Source: Podarcis bocagei
Lineage: Eukaryota
Length of the DNA stretch: 64,000 nt
Assembly: GCA_964188305.1 (NCBI GenBank)
Contig: OZ076893.1
Reading direction: 5' to 3' (one strand)
The position numbers and the translations under genes are program-made. Under the pieces are notes generated by a model, which did no database searches, was not told the origin of the DNA, and saw only the letters and a program-made list of their open reading frames with translations. Of this stretch, positions 11,617 to 21,200 are shown in pieces; within the stretch, counting starts at the first letter, position 1; every line of letters begins with the position of its first letter.

Positions 11617-14524
11617 GAAAAAGTAGATGGAGATGGTTTTCTCCTCTCATTACTAGAACCCAGGGTCATCCAATAAAGCTGAATGGAGGAAGATTAAAGA
11701 CAAACAAGGGGAGGTATTTCTTCATACAGCACATAATTAAACCATGGAATTTGCTATCACAAGCTGTTGCAACAGCCACCAACCCAGCCAGCTTTACAAG
11801 GGGTTTACACAAATTCATGGAAAATAAGGCTAGCTGTGATGTCCCGTATCGGAGGTAATGTTTCTCTGAATACCAGTTGCTAGGGAGCCCAAGTACAAAG
11901 AGTGCTGTCGTGCTCATATCCTCTTTGCAGGCTTTCAATGGGCATTTGGTTGGTCACTGAGAAAGCAGGAGACTGGACTAGATGGGCTTTGGTCTGATCC
12001 AGGGGAGCTCTTCTTATGAAATACAGTGGTGCACAGATTAATAGCTTTGTTCTGAGAGCTACCACAATAGTGGTTCATATTTCCAGGGCATGCTAATGAA
12101 TAGTGTCTGTTCAAAATTATAGGATTAACATCTATTTATCATTTATATTTAAAGGCTGAAAGTGAATTACAAAGAGCTTCATTGGATGCCACGCGGACAA
12201 GTCGGTACTTGGAAGAAACCATTGACAACTTTGAAAAACAAAAAATAAGAGATATAAAGGTGTGTGAGTGAGTGTGTATACTGTAATATAAATCAACAAA
12301 CTCTAAAAAAATGGCTCAGGGAAAGAGCCATTTAGATTGTCTATTTAATATTCCTTCACCATTTATTTTAACAAACATTAATCTGCTATTGGGGACCAAC
12401 AGGTCCCCTTGTTCTAGCTAGAAATAAATACAATTATAATTTCTAAATGACTTCAGTTTCTCACAATAAAATTTACTTTATATCTCCTTTTAAAGTTTTT
12501 GTTGGTATATCAATAAAGCACAAAAACTATTGGGGTACATTGGACCCCATGTTGTTCGCTTAAAAAAAATGTACAGAGAGCATTATTTCTTTTGTGACGC
12601 AACTGGAGCAAAGCTATAAACCACCAAGTAGACAATCTTCCTTGTGCTATCAGGAAGATAGCAGTAGAGAAGAAAGCAGTACAAAAAAGAAGCCCAAGAA
12701 CGCCTAGATGAAATGTTTGGTCATAGTATATAACAGAAGGAATATAGCACATCCTCAGGAGCAGGTTTGGGGGCTGCAGGGGGGAAGTGAAGGATAAGTC
12801 CCGTTCCACAAGTCTGCTTGCACAATGTTGAAGACAACCCATTACAAATAAGAAACTAGTGTTGCAAGTTTGCACTAGAAGAGTGTTTACTCCTGTGTCA
12901 ATATAATGCCAATCTGAAGCAGAATTAACTCCCTAGGGTAAAATTTACTCCAGGGTTCAATAGACTGCTGTGGTGCTTTTTAAGGGTTTTGTGTGGGCTT
13001 GCACACGGAGGAATGTACAGACAAAATAAACTAAACAGAAAACCCACTCCACTGCTCTTGAAGTGGTATACTTACAAAAAAATGGAATTACAGTACAAGC
13101 AAAATGCAGACTTTTTTTAACTACCCAATTTTGAGACATTGCTGAGGATAGAATGGACTCGTTTAGCTTAGACCTTTGGCAGATTTACTTTCCCATTCAT
13201 TTCAATAGGGATAAATTGAGACCTCTGATTGCTTAGTTTCAGAAATGGAAATGATGATGAAACATCACAGGACTGACCCCATAACTGTGGAGAACTATGA
13301 AGTAGCTCACATTCGCTAATTTTTAACTTAAGAAATATTTCAAGCAGCTGCTGGAATTCACAGGAACCCCAGTGGGGTACCAGTTTGCCCCAGTTTGTGG
13401 GTAAAATGAGGTGTCAGCTTGTACTAGAATGCTAAAGGAAAGTGTAAAAACTGTAATAAATGTATTTTTAGATAATACATGTTGGAGTGTAGTATCACAG
13501 CCCACTCACAGCTAGTTTCTACTTGTTATAAAAGTAGGTAAAGCTGTTCCAGTCTTGTGCAGAACTTTAAAAATTGAGGGGCCAGAGCAGTGAGCTTCTC
13601 GTTTAGTTAAGAATTTGGCCATGTTCCTAGCACTAACATGCTGTTTATTAATTGTAAGGAACAAGTAACTTTGTGGGTGATTAAACAGGAAAGTAATTCT
13701 TACCATGCAGCAGCTCCCTGAACAACAGAAGGGAAAGTGCAGTTAGGTTCAGATACGAAATGCTAAAACAGTGGAAGGCTTCTAGCCAGAATGGCAAGGG
13801 GTGGGGTGAGATAAAAGTATCTAGAGAAAGACAAAGTACTTGGCTGTATGCAGAAATGAGCTGGGGCTTCATTGACCTCATATAGGCCAATACAAGAAAA
13901 GCCTCGGCCTATGAGAGGCGGCCATTACAACTGCAAAGGGCTGCTATGTAATGATCCATATTCTTTTTATACAGCATTTATCAAGCTACCAGTCTTCATA
14001 CAGTGACAGCCTAGTTAGTCTGCCTTTATTATAAATATAGAACAGTTACTGTAACACTTTCTCCCTTCATCTGTTTTTAGAATATCTTTTCAGAATTTGT
14101 AACAATTGAAATGCTATTCCATGGGAAAGCCTTAGAAATTTACACTGCTGCCTACCAAATGATACAAAATATTGATGAGAATGAAGACCTAGAGGTAAGA
14201 AACATGATGAACTTCTAATGTACTGCTGTGCAGGGTTGTTGGTTTTTGTTTTCCCTACACAATTTACACAATATTTAATGTTATTGAGGCATATATTTGG
14301 ACCAGTTTAACTATGAGCACCTTACCCAATATGCACCCATTTGACCCCTTAGATCAGTGGAATTGGCACATAGTGTGGCAGCACCCACACTTTGGAACTC
14401 CCTGCCTATTGAGAAGCAAGCGCCTTCACTGTACTCTTTTCGGTGCCTGATAAAAACATTCCTGTTTAGACAAGCTTGACCAGAGGCTTAATTTTTTTTA
14501 ATGTGTTTTAGTATTTTAACTTTT

Positions 14525-14587
<63 letters not shown>

Positions 14588-16860
14588 TTATTATTTATAC
14601 CCCGCCCATCTGGCTGAGTTTCCCCAGCCACTCTGGGCGGCTCCCAATCAAGTATTAAAAACAATACAGCATTAAATATTAAAAACTTCCCTGAACAGGG
14701 CTGCCTTCAGATGTCTTTTAAAAATAGGATAACTACTTATTTCCTTCACATCTGAAGGGAGGGCGTTCCACAGGGTGTTTATGTTTTAAAGTAGGGTAAT
14801 TTTTTCTTGATTTCACGATTTTATCTTTTGTAAATCGCTTTGAAGTTTTTTTACCATCAAGCAGTGCATAACTTTCATTAAAAAAATAAAATATCTAGTC
14901 CTTGTGCCATTGGCAACGCTTCAGTGAATTTCAGACCCTTAACAATGTGTTCAGCCGTAATGAACAAAATGAAGCCTGGGTTAGTGACAAGATTTAAGAG
15001 CAATTTTAGATCTTAACTAATTAAGGTGGAATATTTCTAAAGATTTCTTAAGGGAAATCTCACATGCCAGCCCCTGTAGTGATCAGCTGCAAGGCTTGGT
15101 CTGTTCTCCCTTAGGCTACCATTTCACTTCATGGTAAGGAATAGTTCGAAAAAGAAAAAGAAAAGAAGACAGGTTTGTAGCCGTAGAGGCAAACATTTAG
15201 CTGCATTTTATCCCCGCAACCTTGCCTCAGACATCCACTCCAGCAAGTTAAGTAGAACTACTAGAATTTATGCCAGTATCTGCTGGCCACAAGGCAGTAG
15301 CACACCTGTTTTCTAGTTGGAATGTATGCTAGAAAAATCCCGTGAGCTCTACATAGCAGGGCAAGCTAACCATTTTTTGGCTCCAAGCTGCAGTCATCCT
15401 TGGCAAACCCTCTGGAAGCTGCATGTGAGTTTGGCCCCGTCACACTCTTGCACATACACACAGCCATGCAGATGAGGTGAGGAGAGGGGCTTATTACCCC
15501 CTTTGCTCATCAAATGATTGGATGACCGAGGAGTAATCTGCATCCCCATTAGAGCACTAGGCACCATCCACTGCCTCCCACATGCTGAATCTTTTAAAAA
15601 AATAAATAAAAATTGCTGCCGCCACAATCAGTATTTTGCCGAGGGCAGAAAAAATTTCTTGTCTGCCGGATCAGGCCTCTGTTCTAGGCACCCGTACTGC
15701 ACCTTACCTAGTTCTTGAGGAGCTTTATAATTGGACAAACTGTGAAACTTAACAGAACTGGCCAGTGTCCCATATGAACTATGTACACTCTTAAACAACA
15801 CACTTCAGAATCATTTGCAAGGTGCTGAGGCTGTGGGCCAGACATGCACAGTGTGTTTCCTTGGGTAACAAACTGATATAGAAAAGGTTCACAGCAGGTA
15901 GATTTGAAAACCCCTGGTCTCCTGTGTATTCTGAACACCAACATTTATTTAACAGATGTTTCGGAGTTCACTTTATCAAACAGAACATCAGTCTCGTTTG
16001 GATATTGTCCGTGCAAATTCAGAGTCTCCCCTCCAGAGGACTGCTTCATCCAAATCTTGTCCTGGAATAGTTCAGGTTGGTTCGAAAGCTTGAATGCTTT
16101 CCTTAGCTACATTCCATGAAATATTATTAATGAATTAAATTTCCTCACTTTCTGATTTCCATCAACATCTTCTCTGGCCCTTTCTCCTCAGAGTAGGAAG
16201 ACCTTCCTTCCTTCCCTCCTCCCTCCTGAACTTTTGTCACTGCTACTTTTATTCACTATGCAAGCAATTCCTGGTGCTGACATTTGTTCAACCAAAGGTC
16301 TATGGTACTGCAACAAAGCAGGGCAGCCAAGGGAGGAGGAGCTGTTTAGACCAGCAACTTTTGACACCATCCACCCACCTCTCACTCCACCTTCCCAAAG
16401 GCCAATGTCTCGCTTACCCGGCTTTGGGAAAACAGCATGGAAGCTGACGGGGGAGTCAAATATGAAGCTCGCTCCCACCCCACACGTGTGCTAAGGCAGT
16501 GTACACTGCGGCCTGCAGGGTCTATATCAAATTACTCTTGCTGTCCATTTGGTATGAAAGTTGGCCTGCCTTCGGTTAGACTTTTACAGGAAAGCTCACC
16601 TGCATATTACTCCACACCTACTGGATCCTGTTTGAGCGTTATATGATCACCTGGCAAGCATACACCCATACTGTATACAAAAATATTTTTTTAAAAAACA
16701 AGATACTGAATATATTTTTAAATGCAGATTGACTTCATTCAAGGCTAATGCTTTTTTTAAAATTCTGATGTCATATTCTGTGTAGCAGATTTCCAGAAAT
16801 CCATTGAAAAAGGAGGAGGAAGATGAAGAGTATGACAATGAGGATGAATATGAAGATTAG
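3825..16860 (+). CDS. CIBAR1: CBY1-interacting BAR domain protein 1 (FAM92A), 9 coding exons, 284-285 aa
   Basis: join(3825..3856,5444..5678,7281..7349,8936..9037,10283..10288,12155..12259,14081..14194,15956..16075,16789..16860) = 855 nt in one frame. Peptides [66 protein letters not shown] and EMLFHGKALE match FAM92A. Synteny with RBM12B and TMEM67. Confidence 0.96.
5444..5678 (+). CDS. CIBAR1: CIBAR1 exon 2
   Basis: ttgtctag|G GAC AAC...GCA GAG|gtatac; [23 protein letters not shown]...DYRHAE. Confidence 0.96.
7281..7349 (+). CDS. CIBAR1: CIBAR1 exon 3
   Basis: ctttacag|GTA...AGA|gtaggt; [23 protein letters not shown]. Confidence 0.95.
8936..9037 (+). CDS. CIBAR1: CIBAR1 exon 4 (followed by U12-type donor)
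   Basis: tttcag|GAG...ATT|gtatccttt; [34 protein letters not shown]. Confidence 0.95.
9137..9187. repeat. (AAT)n microsatellite
   Basis: Direct read. Confidence 0.95.
9215..9992. mobile_element. Non-autonomous hAT (Charlie-like) DNA element, 778 bp
   Basis: TIRs CAGTGGTTTTCAACC / GGTTGCAAACCTCTG; perfect 8-bp TSD CCCTAAAG. Confidence 0.85.
10283..10288 (+). CDS. CIBAR1: CIBAR1 exon 5, 6-nt microexon (SQ)
   Basis: cttcag|TCACAG|gtaggt supplies the Ser-Gln found between RH(V/I)I and AE(T/S)ELQ in FAM92A. Confidence 0.85.
11440..12015 (+). mobile_element. Degraded CR1 LINE 3' fragment
   Basis: CR1-like ...aataaagctgaatggaggaaga...ttcttcatacagcacataattaaacc...ggactagatgggc...ggtctgatcc; interrupted by (GAT)n. 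Confidence 0.65.
11581..11614. repeat. (GAT)n microsatellite
   Basis: Direct read. Confidence 0.95.
12155..12259 (+). CDS. CIBAR1: CIBAR1 exon 6
   Basis: tttaaag|GCT...AAG|gtgtgt; [35 protein letters not shown]. Confidence 0.95.
14081..14194 (+). CDS. CIBAR1: CIBAR1 exon 7
   Basis: gtttttag|AAT...GAG|gtaaga; NIFSEFVTIEMLFHGKALEIYTAAYQMIQNIDENEDLE. Confidence 0.95.
14527..14587. repeat. (AAT)n microsatellite (L2 tail)
   Basis: Direct read. Confidence 0.95.
14588..14776 (-). mobile_element. Young L2-clade LINE 3' end with (TTA)n tail, nested in an older plus-strand L2 fragment (~14360-14890)
   Basis: tttataccccgcccatctggctgagtttccccagccactctgggcggct next to (AAT)n; same tail in the opposite orientation at 54290-54385. 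Confidence 0.7.
15956..16075 (+). CDS. CIBAR1: CIBAR1 exon 8
   Basis: ttaacag|ATG...CAG|gttggt; MFRSSLYQTEHQSRLDIVRANSESPLQRTASSKSCPGIVQ. Confidence 0.92.
16789..16860 (+). CDS. CIBAR1: CIBAR1 exon 9 (last coding exon; alternative start 16786)
   Basis: tgtagcag|ATT...GAT TAG; acidic tail ISRNPLKKEEEDEEYDNEDEYED*. Confidence 0.85.
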   Translation: MSRNPLKKEEEDEEYDNEDEYED

Positions 16861-17139
16861 CAGTAAAACCACCAAGGAAGAGAGCACCTTTGAGACTAGA
16901 AAGTGTTTCCCCTGCAAATTGTTATTTTTCATTGTGTTGCTGCTCGGTGATGGACACAATTAAGACTATTCATTTAAACTACAGTAAAGAAAGAACTGAT
17001 CACTGTTACCTGACAATTATGATTTTTTAATGGTATAAAATTTAATGGTCCACTAAAAGTAGATTCAGCAATATTAAAGCTATGTCAGTGAGTTTAGTTG
17101 TGTTTCAAGGGATTCAGAGTTCCATAATTATGGAAGACC

Positions 17140-17275
17140 TGGATAGCTCAATTGGTTAGAGCATGGTACTCATAACGCCGAAGTTCTATCCCCATATGGG
17201 AAAGCTGCATATTCCTGTACTGCCGGGGGTTGGACTAGATGATCCTCAGGGTTCCTTTCAATTCTGAGATTCTAT
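17140..17275 (+). mobile_element. tRNA-head SINE with CR1-type tail (CIBAR1 3' region)
   Basis: GATAGCTCAATTGGTTAGAGCATGG...GGGTTGGACTAGATGATCCTCAGGG; same family as the 3200 copy. Confidence 0.75.
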
Positions 17276-19795
17276 TTCAGAATACATTTTGACTTTTCAT
17301 AAACTACCTTTATAGAAAAAAAAGCCCCAATCCCTAGCAACCAAGTTAATCTTCCGTTTCCCAATGTATGCCGAAGCATGGAAGCAAATTAAGCAGCTGG
17401 TGAAAATAGACAGCACTGCTTTGTTCAGTTCACTTTATAATCTAGTGTTCTCATAAAGGTGTCACAAAACATTCCAAAATTTTCATTCTCCGACTTATCA
17501 TATTCATGGAGTGTTAAATTGGGTGGCTAGCATACAGGCTTATGTGCCTATTCTTACTTGAGGTCTTTCCTAACATCCTGCCCCTCAATCTTTAACTTTC
17601 TTATAGCTGCATCAATGCAGATGATGGCATAAAATCTGCATCAATGCAGCAGTTAAGCTGCTTCAGTATTCTTTGTGAAAGTGCCTTCAGTATTACAGAA
17701 CTTCTAATTTACATTTAATTTTATTTTCCTTGTAATTCCTATAGGGATACAAAATGCAAGGCAGCTGATATTTGGGGTGATTTATTTTCTTTTTATTTCA
17801 GATGTGAGGAACCTTGGCCTTCCAAATGTTGCTTCTGCTGGCTATGCTTGCTAGGGCTGGTGGGAACTGCAGTTCAGCAATGTCTCAAAGGCCAAAATTT
17901 CCCCACACCTGCCAATCTTTCTTCATACCAGCATTTCTGCATTAATTTTTTATTATCAGTATTATAAAGTCTAGTCTTTCTGCATGAATTTCAGTTCTGT
18001 CATTGACTTTAAATACAACTATATTATGGCATTATCTAAGCCACTGGGAATAATTACAATAAATAAATACTTGTGTTTTTCACAAAACAGCATTTTTCTT
18101 CTGTCAGTAATTCTTAACTGTGGCCTGCAGAACAGAGATGGACTTGGAATTATACAATTAAGAGGGTAAAGCTGGGAGACTTTTCTGAAGGTGCCAAATG
18201 TATCACTCGCCTGTAAAGGAACCATAGTGAATATTACAACCATCTCAGTCATACGCAGGACAACCAAGCAGCAATACTCACCTCTCACTCATTCGTAGCG
18301 TACTATGGTTATGTCGTGTACTACAGTGGAGTGTAGGGACAATTGTTAACCCTCCAAAACCACTGGGGTTGCTGTACACTCTTAACAACCATTAGAAATG
18401 TTTTTTGAACAAACAAAGCAATTTATACTCCATCCTCAACAGTTAATGTGTTCAGTTGTCTTGAAGTGATCTATCTTCCCCCTACCCCTTTAAATTTAAA
18501 ACAAAAACCCCACACTAAGTAAGTTATCAAGTCTATTTTGCACTTACTGAATGGGTAAGTAAAAATAATTAGGTTCCATTCTTTTCCAAGTTTTACTTAT
18601 ACACACACACCCCTACAAAGCACTGCAGGGGTCAGTTGGACCCCAAGAGTAAGGCTTCTGCTCCAAATTGTCCTCGGCCTGATGGAAAGGCTAACACTCT
18701 CATAGTTCAAACTTCCAAACACTGCTTTCTTAGATGTAATGTAATCAATCCTAATACATGCATGAAATCGGAATCTGCATGTTAGAACTATGCGATTATA
18801 GATTATACCTGTTCCATTAGTAGCAGCCCAGCCTAGGCATTCTGGGGGTACTGTTCCTGACAGCCCAAGGGGAATTTAGATTAACATAGCCAGAACCAAT
18901 ATACTTGGATAGTTTGTGTGTTAGACTACAGTTTTTAAAAAATCTCTTACTAGGTAAAAATTTAAAGGTGTCCTCTGTCCCCCAAATGTTGAATACTGTC
19001 AAAATTTGTATGTGATGCGTAATTCGCCAGCTTTTCAAGCATCCATCCCCATGGTGGCTTCAATGTGAAATAAGATGGGTTGTCTGAAGAAAATCGTTGT
19101 CTAAAGAAAAACAAACCAAAACAATGGCATGCAATATAAAAAAGCAAAGGAGGGAAATCTGGCCTTCTAGATGATGTTGAACTACAACCAACCCTGAACT
19201 TTAGCCATACAGGCTAAGGCTGATAGGAGTTAAGAGTCCAACCGGTTTTACAAAGTAAATGGGGATTTGCTACCGGCTAGTCAATACATCACAAATGGTG
19301 CTGAAACTGGCAAATATCCAAGGAGAGGAATAAACCATCGCAATAGCAATTTGCCAGAGGTTTGTCAAGCTTTTCGTACCAGTGAGCACATTTTGAATTT
19401 TGAGAGTGTGCTGTGGGAACCAGTCACAAAATGGCTGCCATTGGGGACATGGCATAACACAAAATTAGACTAGAAACCCCATCAACCTTAGGCTTACCAC
19501 AAGAAGTCAGCTATGCCCTGCTGGACCTGATTGTGAAGAACACCACAATACTGAATATACACTGATGCTGTTGCTGTCTAGTAACAGGGAGCACAGCTCA
19601 ATACCAAGAAAACTATACAAGGTGGCCACACCACGCTCATTCTCATCTCACAGAAATCACTATTTATTTCATAAAATTTATACACTGCTTGATTAAAAAA
19701 CAAATCTCAAAGTGGTTTACAAAAATAGAAAATGAGGAAATCAAGGAAAATTCACAACCGTACTTTAAAACATAAAAAGTTTAAATATTAAAACA

Positions 19796-19864
19796 GAGGT
19801 AAATTACCTCGAGGTAATACTAAAATTACCTCAAGGTAATACTAAAATTACCTCAAGGTAATTT
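19796..19864. repeat. Three tandem copies of a 22-bp palindromic unit
   Basis: AAATTACCTC(G/A)AGGTAATACTA x ~3. Confidence 0.9.
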
Positions 19865-20396
19865 AGAAGGTACTGTACATTTTGCCGCATAACTTTCTTT
19901 CTGGGAGGGCTAGAGACCTGCTTTTTTCTGAAAATGAAAGCTAAGACTCTGGGACACTTGCCTGGAGACACATACAAAATCCTTTGCAAATGTCAAGATT
20001 GATGACCCCTGCATTTTAATATTGAAAATGCATTATAACCTTGAAAAGTAACTCCATCTAGTAGTGCTTCCTCAATTTTCATTGTAGGTGTGCAGTTGAA
20101 AGTAGTCTCCACTAAATATCACAAAAGACTGCAGTTTGAAGAAGACCCAAACAAAAGTGTTGTGCAGAGATGTGGAATAGAAAATGGCTAAATTTCCTTT
20201 TTTCAAAAAGATCAATCAGGAAGCTCGCTGATACCAACATCATGGGAGTTGAAGTTTGGGGATAATACAGCTTCCCTTTAAACTCTTGCTTTTACATATT
20301 AATCCAAGCAGCATTTTCATTCAAGGGACCGTTTGTTCTTCCCTGGATTTTTTTTTAAAAAACTCTGTAAATCAGTAGTATGAGGACACCCAATTA

Positions 20397-20638
20397 CAGT
20401 GGTACCTCGGTTTAAGAACTTAATTCATTCCGGAGGTCCATTCTTAACCTGAAACTGTTCTTAACCTGAAGCACCACTTTAGCTAATGGGGCTTCCTGCT
20501 GCCGTCGCGCCACTGCTGCGCGATTTCTGTTCTCATCCTGAAGCAAAGTTCTTAACCTGAGGTAATATTTCTGGGTTAGCGGAGTCTGCAACCTGAAGCA
20601 TCTGTAACCTGAAGCGTATGTAACCAGAGATACCACTG
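20397..20638. mobile_element. Tc1/mariner (Tigger-like) MITE, 242 bp
   Basis: TA TSD; TIR CAGTGGTACCTCGG; ~90% identical to 60171-60412. Confidence 0.88.
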
Positions 20639-20900
20639 TACCATTATTCAAAAATTTGGGAAGCCAAGTGGACATGAAAATATGTATCTTGGGTTGTTTA
20701 ACCAACAGCCCTAGAACTTCAAGAGATTCAACTATCTTCTAGTAGTTCCAATATATTTCCTGTATAGCCTGTGATTTGTACAATTTATAGAGGAAGACAC
20801 TGCCAAACTACAAGACTGATTCTTATTAGGGCTGTCATACGCTAATGGGTGTAAAAAGGCAATATACAAATTAACCATCCACATATTTCATTTAGGTACA

Positions 20901-20906
20901 TTTATT
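20901..20906 (-). terminator. Candidate RBM12B proximal poly(A) signal
   Basis: TTTATT on + (AATAAA on -) ~295 nt past the stop codon. Confidence 0.45.
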
Positions 20907-21200
20907 TTAAAAGAAATGCTAAGCTGAAATTAATAAAAAAACATTCAAAATGCCATTGAATGTTACAGACAAGAATCCAAAACTTGCATTCAACTTATTT
21001 ATATTCAAGAGTAACTAACAACCTATGCTTTCTAACAGATGCAACTGCACTGCATCAAACAGCTTTCATTTTAAAGCAATTAACTATTTACAAATAGATG
21101 GATGTTTTGTCATCACTTTCCAAATAACAAAAACACAAATCTAGTTTTATTCTATTAATACTGCAAACATCTTCACTTTGCCTCCTAGGCATTTTCACAT

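Noticed and set aside
16234-16646. Non-repetitive ORF-bearing segment in CIBAR1 intron 8 (extra exon or enhancer?)
   Set aside because: CIBAR1 is complete without it and no convincing splice pair was found; conservation cannot be judged from this sequence alone.
17140-17200. tRNA gene
   Set aside because: The tRNA-like head is degenerate and continues into a CR1-type tail, so it is a SINE. The copy at 3200 is the same family and the one at 34030 is a MIR-like SINE head.
19796-19864. CRISPR-like palindromic direct repeats
   Set aside because: No unique spacers, units are contiguous, vertebrate context, no cas genes.
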